Assembly (NCBI RefSeq): GCF_963921235.1
Contig: NC_086108.1
Coordinates: forward strand, 73,906,001 to 73,970,000
DNA: 64,000 nucleotides
Source of the DNA: Mobula hypostoma
Lineage: Eukaryota
Direction of reading: 5' to 3'
Both the position numbers and the translations under genes were made by a program. Below are positions 24,399-36,298 of this stretch, piece by piece. Positions within the stretch are counted from its first letter, which is position 1; every line of letters begins with the position of its first letter. The notes beneath the pieces were generated by a model. That model made no database searches and was not told the origin of the DNA. It saw only the letters and a program-made list of their open reading frames with translations.

Positions 24399-27089
24399 AC
24401 AGAGTAAAGCAATAGATTAAGCATGCATCCTTGAGGTGCGCCAGTGTTGATTGTCAGCGGGGAGGAGATGTTATCTCCGATCATTGCTGATTGTGGTGTC
24501 CCGAAGAGGAAGTCAAGGATGCCGTTGCAAAGAGAGGTACAGGGGCCAAGGTTTGGGAGCCTTGTTGATTAAAACTAAGAGTACAATTGTGTTGAACACT
24601 AAGCTGTATCAACAAACAGCAGCCTGACGCAGGTTTTGTTAATTGTCCAGGTGATTCAAGACCGAATGGAGAGTTAGTGAGATTGCATCTGCTGTAGACC
24701 TATTGTGATTTATTGCAGTTGTACCTGGTCATGACCAACTTCATCACAGTAGATGTGAGTGCAACTAGGTGATAGTCATTGAAGCAGCTCACCTTGGGCA
24801 TTAATATGATTGTCACTAACATGAATTGTTGAGCTCATCTGGGAGTGAAGCATCACAGCCAGTCATGACAAAAGGTTCACCTTGTAGAAAGTGCAAGGCC
24901 TGCAACCCCTGCTAGAGCTGACGTGCATCCGAATCCAAAACTAACTTCAGTCAGAATTGTTTTACCACACTTAAAATAGCCTTCCATATGTGATTATCTG
25001 GTTTTTCACATATAGTTCTGGATCACCAGTCCTGAATGCCACAGAACTAGCCCTCAGCAGACTATGAACCTCCTGTTTCATCACAGCTTGGGTATATCCA
25101 GTATGTTTTCAAAGGCACACACTCATCCACACAGGTGTTGATGAAGTCAGTCACAACCAAGGCATATTCATTCATATTCCAAGATGAATCCCTGAATATT
25201 GTCCCAATTCAAAGCAGTCCTGTAAGCGCTCCTCCCTGTGAAGCAAAGTGGCGAAGTACCAAAGTGCACAGCAGCCCCTGATGGCCCTCAGGTACTGGTA
25301 TCTTGCTCAGATGTCTTCAGTTTTATTTTCCAGAAAAATGTACATTTGCCAGAAGAATAGTCGGGGGGGGGTGGTGGGGGGTGATTCTCAGGCTTTTAAT
25401 TTTCAATCGTACCTGTAACCCAGCGTGCCTGCCCCGCTGCTTTTTTTTTCCTCCAAAGGGAAACTGCACTCACATCCCAAGATTTCTGTCCAGGGTCCGC
25501 CGATTTTGAGGACTGATAGTTTTATTAATAGTCTTAAAATTGTGTTACTTACTGAGGTACCCATGGATGTGACTGAATTTCAGCTGTAGTAGTCCTGAAG
25601 CGGAATATTGGAGGATTCCAATCGTAGTTGCACATAAAGAGTCACCACTTATCAGCGCCATCAAATTTTAAATTCCTATATGTGAGAAAGTCATACCCAT
25701 GAGCCGCAGACAAACCAGTTGTCCATCACAGAAATGGAAAGCAAACGAATGGATTCCAGTTCATCCCATGTTTCTGTATTGCTTCTTGATGTTTCTGGAC
25801 CATTCCTAATAAGCTTAAACTGCTCTCTACATTTATAGCTTCTTTGCCACTTGAGTGACTTTACACACAGTATTTTTTCAGATACCTTAGAACAAGGTGG
25901 TCCAAATGCTTCTGGAAACAGTTTCCAGATACCCAGAATTAATGCTGTGAAGCTGACTCCCTGAGCATACAAAGGTGCTAAGTGATGTAGTCTGCATGTT
26001 TCCTTGAACTAAACATCTTAGCCAGTACTGTCTGTTTTGAAAGAATCCAAATTAAATAACCCATTGCCTTATACTACTCCTCTTAAGCAGTTAGACCAAA
26101 TGCTGTGGCCAACAAGTCAGCTGCTGTATAGACAGTGCTGTTTGCAAAGCTGTGTTTTTAAACTTCAAACTGACTACTGCTTGCCAGTTACATTGAGAAC
26201 TGAAGACTGGCTTGCATTTATGACCAGAAGTTAAACAAAGAATATTGGATGGAAGATTAACATTCAAAAACAATACTTCGATCTTTACAGCTGTCAGCTG
26301 CTATGTTTAGAAAGCTGAGCTTGGCAAAAAAATACAAGGCCTCCTGGTCCAGGACAATAAATGTCCATCACAAAGAAAGGTGAACTGTGATAGAACTTTA
26401 CATATGGCACAGAATACCAGCTTTGCATTCCTGCCTGATTTTCATCCAGCATCCAAAAGCTCACTCCCCTCAACTTTACACCTTCATGCAGACACTCCAC
26501 ATTCCAATAATCTTCAGTGGAGAGAAAGTTCTCCCAACTCCTCACTTAACTAGAGAATTTGAAGTGGGGTTTGAAGGCCAGTAACTTAAAATCTTAGAAT
26601 GTCCAGTAACTCAAAGAAATTAACAATAAACTTTCTGATTTGGTGCTTTCTTTCAGGGGCTAGGATGGTCACTTTTCTCAAGGTTGGAATGGTATATTTT
26701 AAATTCATAAGTATTTATGATTCGTGCATAAATGCAAATAAAAGTACTGAACTCAAAACAGCCTTTTGAAGAAAAATAACAAGACTCAAAAATTAAAACA
26801 TATCTCATTTTCTATTTCACAATTAAAAACAGAGGGCAGTGGAAGCAAGATGTAAAAATATGAAAGTAACTGTGAGACAAACTATTCTCATGGTTATTAA
26901 TGCCCAGATGGCAAATGCATAATCAGTTCATGCACATCAGCAAGCATTTGGGAGACCATCATGATGGACTGGATTTCTGAATGGAACTGTTCACAAAGGA
27001 ATGAAACTCCATTGTAACCTTGGGGGGTGGGGGGGGAGAAAGACCTCTATCAGCCTAGATTGTGCTTTGAATGCAAGCATGTGACTAAC

Positions 27090-27181
27090 CATTCTTATTT
27101 TCACTAATGGCCAACTTCCAGTTACCAGTGCACCTGCTATAAATGCAAAAATTAATACTCTCCGGTCTAAGATGCATGGGT
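27090..27181 (-). other. Candidate 92-nt spliced exon of an unidentified host gene
   Basis: Strong acceptor ttttcttttgtttttctcttatag and donor ATG|gttagt, in non-repeat sequence. Two frames are open. Confidence 0.35.
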
Positions 27182-27374
27182 CTATAAGAGAAAAACAAAA
27201 GAAAATGTATGAAATTCCTGTAAGGGTGACATAAATAGTAAATGCATACATCAAAATAGGAAGATTGCATATTCTTATACAAACCCCTTTTTAAGATCAT
27301 TAAAGAAATTATTTCCCTTGGATATTAGTTGCTATTGGAGTTTTATTTTGAAGATCTCATATCCTATCTTTTCT

Positions 27375-27490
27375 TAGCCCAAAATATTAACTGTTTACTC
27401 CTCTCTATAGATGCTGTGACGTGGAGTTCCACCTGCATTGTGTGTATGTTTTGCTCTGGATTTCCAGCATCTGCAGAATATCTTGTGTTC
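27375..27490 (+). mobile_element. Degenerate Penelope-type terminal-repeat fragment
   Basis: actgtttactcctctctatagatgctg...ggatttccagcatctgcagaatatcttgtg, the same family as 58302-58765. Confidence 0.7.
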
Positions 27491-27924
27491 ATATTTCTCC
27501 TCTCTTCAATCTTTCTCTTGATTGAGTTTTCCTTCCTTCTATTATGTATTCTTTGTTTAGCTCAAACGCTAATGAATTGGATTTTCCAGTTAGCATTTCA
27601 GTCTGGAATTATCATAAATTTTCTTGCTCAATAGCACATATTTTATTGCTCAAATAACTTCCTTCCTTGCTTTTGATTTTAAAATCATTTCACAAAACAC
27701 CACATATTGGTGCAGAATTATAACTAACTCTACCTTGACATGTTCTGTGTTGATAACTTATCAAACACAATACCAGAAAAAACATGTACAAGAAAGTAAA
27801 CTTGAGCACTTAACCAAATAAAATATTTTTTTCAGAACTAGATGAGAAAATGGCATGACTTGATTGGCTCATTACAATTATCTTAATTGTTCATTGTTGG
27901 CTAATAAGCTCACTTGGATCTTAG

Positions 27925-28080
27925 GCAACAGCAGCAATTGGTACAGCAGTGAGTACTGTAGCATCACAGCTCTGAGGACCCAGATTCAATCTCTACAGAA
28001 TATACATTCATCTTACGGCCAAGTGGCTTTCTCTCAGGCGCCGTGGTTTGTTCACATGTACCAAAGACATGCTCATATCT
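27925..28080 (+). mobile_element. Degenerate V-SINE (HE1-like)
   Basis: tRNA-like head (acagctctgaggacccagattcaatc) and V-domain-like gtggctttctctcaggcgccgtggtttgttcacatgtaccaaagacatgc. Confidence 0.55.
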
Positions 28081-28326
28081 GAAATGGCTTGTGTACATTA
28101 CCTCTCAGTAAAAAGGCGAGATGATGTGCATGTAGGAGAGGAATCTTTTCATGGGGCAAACTAGGGAATGGAACCAATGCAATTGTGACACTGGGAGACA
28201 ACATGCACTCTTTGGGCTCAGTGACCTCCCTCTCTGCAGTAATAAGCAGAACTCTAATGTTTTTTATTATAAGGTCATTTCACAAAACCTTGGATGTAGT
28301 GGTACAAAAATTGAACTACCTCTACC

Positions 28327-28698
28327 TTGACAGTTCCTGTTTCCCTCTCTCACCTTATCTCCTTACCTGTCCATCACCTCTTTCTGGTACTCCTCCTCAT
28401 TCCTTTTTTCCATGGTCTTCTACCTTTTCCTATCAGATTCTCCCTTCTCCAGCCCTTTATCTCTTTCACTAATCAATTTTGCAGCTCTTTACTTCACCCC
28501 TCCCCCTCTCCCGGTTTCACTTATCACCACAATCTTCCCCCACTTCCCCTACATTCTTGCTCTGATTTCTCATCATTTCTTCCAGTCTTGATGAAGGGTG
28601 TTGGCCAGAAACATCGATTATTTACTCTTTTTCATAGATGCTGCCTGGCCGGCTAAGTTCCTCCAGCATTTTGAGTGCATTGTTTTTCTCGTGTTTGT
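28327..28698 (+). mobile_element. Penelope-type 3'/terminal-repeat fragment
   Basis: Pyrimidine-rich body, then cagtc-TTGATGA-agggtgttggcca-GAAACATC (decayed hammerhead) and the conserved tail. Confidence 0.75.
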
Positions 28699-28699
28699 A

Positions 28700-29497
28700 C
28701 AAAGAAGCAGAAGTCAGCCATTTGGCACATCGAGTATGCTCCCCCATTTTATCATGAGCTGATCCATTCTCCCATTTAGTCCCACTTCCCCACCTTCTCA
28801 CCATAACCTTTGATGCCCTGGCTACTATTGGAAAACATTGTAACACTCTGTTTTCTAAGTGTTTATTTAAGTGTGCTTTTATTGCACATCAAGTGTTTAT
28901 TCAGGTGTTTACTATGCCTTTACGCATTAAGTGTCTGTTATTGAGTGTGTAGGGGATTCCTATGGTATTTTGCTATGTAACCATTGATTCATTAGTTACA
29001 GTGAAACCTGTGTACTTTTAACCACATGAGAAAGGAATGTAGCCAAGTAAGAGAGATAAGAGTAATTGATTTATTGGCTGGAGTGAAACTTACAGTGGTA
29101 TGCTAATGAGAGAAGGGGGGCTATAAAGAATGCTGTGTGAAAAAATAGGCAGGCATTCAGTGGCGGGCAATCAGAGGCTAGCCCACTGACTGTCTCAGCT
29201 TTGGTTTGTAAATTAAAGTTTAAACATTTCTTGAAGAATTTTCAGCACCTCCTTGTCATTTGTAAAACCACAACACTGCTCAGATACCTATCAATCTCTG
29301 CCTTTAATACACCCAATGACTTGACCTCCACTGCCGCCCGTGGGAACAAATTCCACAGATTAACCACCCTCTGGCTAAAAAAAATTTCTTCACACCTCTG
29401 TTCTGAATGGGCGCCCTTCAATCCTTAAGTTATGCCCTCTCATACTAGACTCCCCCACCATGGGAAACAACTTTTCCGCATCCACTCTGTCCATGCC
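28700..29497 (-). mobile_element. CR1 3' fragment split by a solo LTR
   Basis: CR1 3' UTR reads through gccctggctac|tcagatacctatcaatc when 28826-29279 is removed. Confidence 0.8.
28826..29275 (+). mobile_element. Solo LTR (450 bp, Gypsy-like)
   Basis: Ends T(A)TTG...CAACA, 4-bp TSD ctac/ctgc, TATAAA near 29122, ATTAAA near 29212. Clean interruption of CR1. Confidence 0.7.
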
Positions 29498-29499
29498 TA

Positions 29500-30882
29500 A
29501 GTAATATTAAGTACTATTAAGTAATATACCACTTTTCAAATAAAAAACTTGATTACTTTGTAGATATATAGCCCAGTGCATGATTAAACAAAGATAACAA
29601 ACAGGATGCTAATGATCAATGACACGAGTTGAATGAACTAAGCTGATTAATTGAAACAGAACAGGTGTAGAAGGAATCAGTCCAGGTAAAAGTCAACCAA
29701 ACTAAAAGGTGAGGGTGTTGCAGATGCGACAGCTTAACCTTCAAAACATCAATTCTTACACCATGGCAAGAATGAGCATAGCAACAAGTCACAAGGCGGT
29801 CACCTGGCATCAGTAAGGTCTGTCCCACTCAGAAATAGCGCAATAGACAGGAGTTACAAGATGTACTGTCCAAGCTCTTCTGAAGAAGCACAAAGGTGGA
29901 AGACAAGAAGAGTGGTGGTCGTCCATGGAAACTGAGTGCTGCAGACGAGAAATACGTCAAACCAATGTTCCTTCTAAATCAGAAGTCCAGCACTGTTCTC
30001 AGCTCTGAACTCACAAAAACCACTGGAACCCAAGTTCACCGTTCTACAGTCTGGAGAATTCTTGTCAGAAGTGATCTGCATAGATGAATTGCTGCCAAAA
30101 AGCCATTCCTCCAAAGTGAAAACAAAGCTAAGAGACTCATTTACGCACAAAAACATAAGGACAGGGGTGCTGAACAATGGCAGCAAGCGCTCTGGACTGA
30201 CAAGTCAAAATTTGAAATTTTTGGCTCTAACAGAAGGCAGTTTGTCTATTGAAGAGCTGTATTGCACTACACAGATGAGTGCCTGTAGCCAACAGTTAAA
30301 GACAGCGGAGTTTCCCTGTGGGTTTGGGGCTGCGTTTCTACAAATGGAGTTGGTGATCTGGTCAGAATTAATGGAATTCTCAATGCTGAGAAGTACAGAT
30401 TCTCAACCATCATGCAATTCCTTGTCTTTGAGATGTCTGATCAGTCCCAACTTCATTCTGCAGGTTCTGTACCAGGACAATGACCCCAAACACATGGCCA
30501 TGGTCATGAAGAACTATCTTCAGTGAAAAGAGGAACAAGGACTTCTGCAACAGATGGGATGGTCTCCACAGATCCTCCTGATCTCAACATATTCGAGGCC
30601 ATCTGGGATTACCTGGCGAGACAGAAGCAAGCGAGACAGCAATTCTGCAGAAGAACTGTGGCAAGTTCTCCAAGATTTTCTTATAAAACTGCATGACAAA
30701 GTACCTAAGAAAAATACGCACTTTTAAAGGCAAAGGGTGATCACACCAAATACTGATTTGATTTAGTTTTTTTTTAATTGCTTACTGCTCTTTATGGTAG
30801 TTTTTTTTGATATTTAGAAACTTTCATTTCATTATTTTTGAAAGCATCTTCACTTTGCATATTTTTTTTTACATGTGCCTAA
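29500..30882 (+). mobile_element. Tc1-family transposon remnant; transposase pseudogene about 29763-30755
   Basis: SGGRPWKLSAADEKY, WTDKSKFEIFG, QDNDPKH, DLNIFEAIWDYL, KAKGDHTKY*. TIRs truncated. Confidence 0.9.
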
Positions 30883-31661
30883 GTAAATCCAAGAAACACA
30901 ACAGAATCAATGAAAGACTGCACCCAATTGGATGGACATACAACCAATGTGCAGAAAACAATAAATTATACAAATACAAAAGAAAACATAATAATAATAA
31001 ATAAATAAGCAATAAATATCAAGAACATGAGATGAAGAGTCCTTGAAAGTGAGTCCACAGGTAGTGGAACAATTCAATGATGGGGATGAGTGAAATTGAG
31101 TGAAGATATCCCCTTTGGTCTAGAGGCTAATGCATGAGGGGTAATAAATATTCCTAAACCTGGTGGTGTCAGTCCTGAGGCTTCTGTACCTTTTTCCTGA
31201 TGGCAGCAGGGAGAAGAGAGCATGGCCTGCACCACATCCACTACTTTTTGTAGGATTTCCCTTTGAAGGGCAATGGTATTTCCATAACAGGCTGTGATGC
31301 AACCAGACAATATACTCTCCACCACACATCTACAGAGGTTTGCCAAATCCTCATAAACTTCTAAAGAAATAGAGGCACTGTCATACTTTCTTTGTAAAGG
31401 TATGGCATGCTGGGCCCAGGCCACGTCCTCAAACGGTAATACATGCTGACCCACTTCACCCCAGTCCCCCGATGAAGCCTGGTTCGTGGACCTCTGGTTT
31501 CCTCCTCCTGGTCAATGATCATCTCCTTGGTCTTGTTGAAATTCACTGTGAGCTCATTGTTGTGGCACCACTCAGCTAGATTTTCAATCTCCCTCCTACA
31601 TGATTATTTGACGTCACCTTTGATTCAGTCAACTATATCGGTGTCATCAGCAAACTAAGTA

Positions 31662-33193
31662 CAGACAGTCTCCAGGTTACAAATATCTGACTTACGAACA
31701 ACTCGTACTCACAAACCGACTGCCATAAGGCCTATTATATTAAAAATTTGAGTTAAATACAATGGTTCGTAATAACGAATGCATGCACTACTCTGTGACG
31801 CTCATGAAAACATTGCGCAGCTTCAGCAGTTCATCGGCTCAAGGAAGGAGAACGCCGTCCGCCATTTTAAGTCAAATCACGTTGCCGTTAACACTGTGTT
31901 GAGTGTGTAACTTTGTACTTGGCTTAAATTTTTCTCTTATTTAGCCATAGTCATAGTCATACTTTATTGATCTCGGGGGAAATTGGTTTTCGTTACAGTT
32001 GCACCATAAATAATTAAATAGTAATAAAACCATAAATAATTAAATAGTAATATGTAAATTATACCAGGAAATAAGTCCAGGACCGGCCTATTGGCTCAGA
32101 GTGTCTGACCCACCAAGGGAGGAGTTGTAAAGTTTGATGGCCACAAGCCAGAATGACTTCCTATGACGCTCTGTGTTGCATCTCGGTGGAACAAGTCTCT
32201 GGCTGAATGTACTCCTGTGTCCAACCAGTACATTATGTAGTGGATGGGAGACATTGTCCAAGATGGCATGCAACGTGGACAACATCCTCTTTTCAGACAC
32301 CACCGTCAGAGAGTCCAGTTCCATCCCCACAACATCACTGGCCTTACGAATGAGTTTGTTGATTCTTTTGGTGTCTGCTACCCTCAGCCTGCTGCACCAG
32401 CACACAACAGCAAACATGATTGCACTGGCCACCACAGACTCGTAGAACATCCTCAGCATCATCCGGCAGGTGTTAAAGGACCTCAGTCTCCTCAGGAAAT
32501 AGGGATGGCTCTGACCCTTCTTGGAGACAGCCTCAGTGTTCTTTGATCAGTACAGTTTATTGTCAATTGTTCTTTGACCAGTCCAGTTTATTGTCAATGT
32601 TCTTTGACCAGTCCATGGTTACAAGTTCTTTACTCTTGTAACCATGCCTCCAAAGCATAAATCCGATGAAAGTGCTGGTGATGCATCAAAGAAAAAGGAA
32701 AACGATCATCATTGAAAATAAAGTGGAAATAATAAAGCATCGGAACAAGGTGAAACGCCATCGGTCATTGGAAAAGCGTTAGCCTACAGTCGGCCAACAA
32801 TCGGAACAATTTTAAAGGATAAAGTGATGATAGTATTTGAGGAAGAAGACTGGGTGGTAAAAACTCCAGAACCAAAAAATTTTTGATGAAAGAGTTAGCT
32901 GAAGCCTTTCATCTCATTGAAACAGGGATTGCAAAGTTAGAGGAGCAAGATCCTAATGCAGAGAGGTTCACCAAAGCTTACTGTACAGTTGCCAAGAGCC
33001 TCAGCTGATACAAGGCCAATCATGACGAGAAAAAGCTCTGCATAGGAAGGTAAAATATGTACTATATACTAAGACAAACATTTGACTAACTGATGCTAAA
33101 TAAGAACCGTATGTACCTGTTCCGACTTACCTACAAATTCGACTTAAAGACAGACTTAGGAACGGATCTCGTTCGTAACCCAGGGACTGCCTG
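31662..33193 (+). mobile_element. Tigger1-like transposon, internally deleted
   Basis: TIRs CAGACAGTCTCCAGGTTAC / GTAACCCAGGGACTGCCTG with TA TSD. HTH (IENKVEIIK..GETPSVIGKAL..TIGTILKDK) joined to C-terminus (ELAEAFHLIE..EQDPNAERF). Confidence 0.9.
31946..32614 (-). mobile_element. Second Rex1/Babar-type family, 3' fragment nested in Tigger
   Basis: ORF 32088-32462 MFYESVVASAIMFAVVCW..HPLH..RCNTERHRKSF; (ACTATG)n tail. Confidence 0.9.
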
Positions 33194-34659
33194 TATGGCA
33201 TTGGAGCTGTGCTTAGCCTTAAAATCGTAAGTATAAAGTGAGCAGAGCAGGGCGTTAAGCACAGAGTCTTGTGGTGCACCTCTGGTAATGGAAATTGTGG
33301 CAATTATGTTGTTGCCAATCTGAAATGACTGGGTTCTGCAAGTGAAGAAATCAAGGATCCAATTGCACAAGAAGTATTGAGGCCAAGGTCTTGAAGCTTT
33401 TCGATTAGCTTTGAGGGAATGACAGTACTGAATGCTGAGATGTAGTCAATAAAGAGCATGCTGATGTATGCATCTTCGCTGTCTAGACGTTCCAGGGTTG
33501 CATGAAGAGCCAAGGACGTGGCATCTGCTGTGGACCTTGTTGTGACAGTATGCAAATTGGGGAGGATCCAAGCTACTCCCCAGGCAGGATTTGATGTTTC
33601 GTCACCAGCCTCTCAAAACACTTCATCACAGTGGATGCAAGTGCTACTGGATGATAGTCATTCGGGCAGTTTACCACATTCTTCTTGGGCATTGGTATAA
33701 TTGAAGCCTGCTTGAAGCTGGTGGGTATCTCAGGCTGCTGACACAAGCGGTTAAAGGTATTGGTGAACACTCCAGCCAGTTGATCAGTACAGGTCTTTAG
33801 TACTTGGTGAGGTATCCCAGCTGGGCCGGATGCTTCTGTGGGTTCACTCTCCAGAAGGATGCTCTCATGTCACCTTAGAGACTAATATCACAGGGTCTTC
33901 ATGGGCTGTGGGAGTTTGTGAAGGTTCTTTCATGTTTTGACAGTCAAATCAAGCATGGACAGCATTGAACTCATCTGGGAGCAAAGCTTTATTGTCATCC
34001 ATGTCATTTAGTTTCACTTTGTAAGAGTTTATAGCATTCAAGCCCTACCATAGCTATCGAACATCCTTCAATGATTAAAGATTTGAAAGAGAAACAGATA
34101 CCCAGCTAATCATGTGTACACATTATGAACTTCCAAAAATGTTGCTTCACAAACTGTTGCCAGAATGGTTCTGCAATAGTTCACGGTAGTGGAAACTCTT
34201 GGAAGAGATTTAGCCTATTCTTCAAAAGTAAACTTTACCTTAACTAAGCTGTGAAAACTTATGATCCCGAACAGTGCAATAACTTCAACTAAAGATTACG
34301 ACTGAAGTACTAAACGGAATTGAAAATAAATAACATTATCTGTTCTACCACTGATTGTACAACACCACATTTCACAAATGCCGACACACGAATATATTAC
34401 TTAGATTGGAATACTGCATAAATGATTCACGGCATTACACATTTCTTATCAACAGCTGAAACCAATTCAATGACAGAAAATAGATAAAAATGCAGAACTG
34501 GAACCAAATAAGAAATATTTATACATCTCTCACAACTTCAGAATATCTGCATAGTTTTTATAATCAACTAATTATTTTTAATAAGTAGATTTGTTGTTGT
34601 CATTCAGTAAAATACAATTTGCTCAAGATCTCAGAAACATGTGCATTGCCTCAAAAGAC

Positions 34660-34995
34660 ACTAGCCGTGGAGATTAGTTGTCGGGGATTCGTAGCCCATT
34701 CCTTATTTAGAGCCTTCAGCATTTTGGGCATCGAGGGAGAGAGGAAGAGAGGAAGAGGACAGCCATCCACAGTACCACCGATGCGGCAGAGAGGGCCTCA
34801 AGATGGCTGTGGCTCAAAAGAGCGGAGCCATGGAGTCACAGGTAGCTAGCCATCTGGACACAAGCTGGGGTCTGATCAGTCCCGGCTGGGTCACCCGGAA
34901 GAGGTTGTATGATGTTGAAAGACCAGAAACACCCGATGATTCCAGGAACATCACTGAAGATGTGTCCAGAAGCATCAATAGATGTATGTACACAG
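34660..34995 (+). mobile_element. 3' fragment of a second, divergent HERO-like RLE retrotransposon
   Basis: AVEISCRGFVAHSLFRAFSILGIEG...AERASRWLWLKR..* parallels the C-terminus of 6176-7835 (PVEI..AERASC*IW). Stop at 34843-34845. Confidence 0.85.
34853..34970 (+). ncRNA. Putative permuted/pseudoknotted hammerhead-like RNA, HERO 3' UTR, copy 2
   Basis: 10-bp closing stem TCTGGACACA/TGTGTCCAGA, GTA 34907-34909, stem I TGATGTT/AACATCA, CTGAAGA 34954-34960, GAAA 34926-34929, stem II GGGTC/GACCA, stem III GGTTG/CACCC. Confidence 0.65.
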
Positions 34996-35597
34996 CAATT
35001 AACACTGGCAACCCACCAGCAGAACTAGCCTGTTTTTCCAAACATTGTACCTTTGCTGCTGAGAATGCAACAATTTATCTGAAGGTGAGCTCTCCAAAAG
35101 TACAGGAATACCACATTGAAACATCAGCCCAGATTGTGCATTTTATTCCTGTAGAGATCTGAAAAAAAAAATTACCTGTGAGCCAAGGCTGATAACAGCT
35201 TTGAATTCATCAGGTGAAATGCAACATTGGCAAGATCCATGTAAATTGGCTTCTGCAAGTCGATGGGCCAAATGGTCTAATTCTGATACAGGGGCTTATA
35301 GTATTATACATATTGTAAATTATAACAATGCCTTGGTTGTGAAACATTAATCCATAGATGCATTTCAAACTTCAGGATAACATAGCATTGTGTATTTGTC
35401 TACTTAAGAAGGCACTGAGAAGTACCATGACAACTAATCCTCATCTAAAGAACCCAGACAGAACAGAACATAAATCTTGTATACAATTCATCTAGCTTGT
35501 TAGACAATAACCAAGATCTGCCTCATCTAGTTTATGCACTGATCTCCTTGTCTCTTAATTCCTTTCATGACTTGACCCAATCTCTATGAATTTCAAC

Positions 35598-35685
35598 CTC
35601 GGCCCAAAACTCTGACTGTTTACTCTTTTCCATAGATGCTACCTGTCCTGCTGAGTTTCTCTAGCATTTTGTGTGTGTTGCTTCA
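35598..35685 (+). mobile_element. Penelope-type terminal-repeat fragment
   Basis: ctcggcccaaaactctgactgtttactcttttccatagatgct...gcattttgtgtgtgttgc. Confidence 0.75.
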
Positions 35686-35699
35686 GTGCACTCAACTGA

Positions 35700-36270
35700 G
35701 CACTAATTACTGCTTCGGATGCAGAAGTCCAAAGATTCATTATCTAAATAAGGAAACTTTTCCTGATCTTGGCCCTAACTGGTCAACCCTCATCATGTAC
35801 TAACAATTACTGGTTCTAGTCTGAGGAAGTAGCCTTTCAACATTCAACTTCTGGATCCCTCTCAAGTTCAATTCAGTGAGCACCTCCAATTCTTCTAAAC
35901 TTCACTCATTTTAGATCCATCCTACTGGAAAGATCCTCAGAAAACCCAAGAAATCCTCCAGAAAAAGCACAGAAAATTGCACTTTATTTCAAACATGGTA
36001 TCACCAAAGGCCTGCGCAGTTGCAACAAATCTTTCTTTCTCTTGTTCTCTACCTATATACTGTCGAGGACAACATAGTATTTGCCTTCCAGATTTCCTTC
36101 TGCATTTTATTTTCCAGCAAACCTAGATTCTTCTGGACTGCCATTTCCTAGTTTCCATACAATCTAAAAAGCTTAATTATTCCTATCAAACAGTAAGCTC
36201 ACATTTTCCCATATTAAACTCCACTCACTTACTGCCCATATCCACTTTCTGTCCTCCTCAAAGCTCACTG
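35700..36270 (-). mobile_element. Very old CR1 remnant
   Basis: Patchy similarity to the antisense CR1 RT C-terminus (tcaccaaaggcctgcgcagttgcaaca, ctcacattttcccatattaaactcc). Confidence 0.4.
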
Positions 36271-36298
36271 CTCTTCATTACTTCCAGGGCACCTAGTC

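Larger units (their letters stand above)
20835..25662 (-). mobile_element. Old Rex1/Babar-type LINE with internal deletions, split by CR1
   Basis: Antisense similarity to 36299-39395 at 20835-21677 and 24399-25330. gatggcgctg-type 5' end near 25660. Confidence 0.75.
30883..34080 (-). mobile_element. Rex1/Babar-type LINE, split by Tigger
   Basis: [56 protein letters not shown]. Continuity caaactaagTA|tggcattggagc. Confidence 0.88.

Noticed and set aside
35051..35158. Minus-strand exon candidate (tttttttttcag ... AAG|gtacaa)
   Set aside because: All three frames contain stops and the donor is weak. A non-coding exon cannot be excluded but is unsupported.
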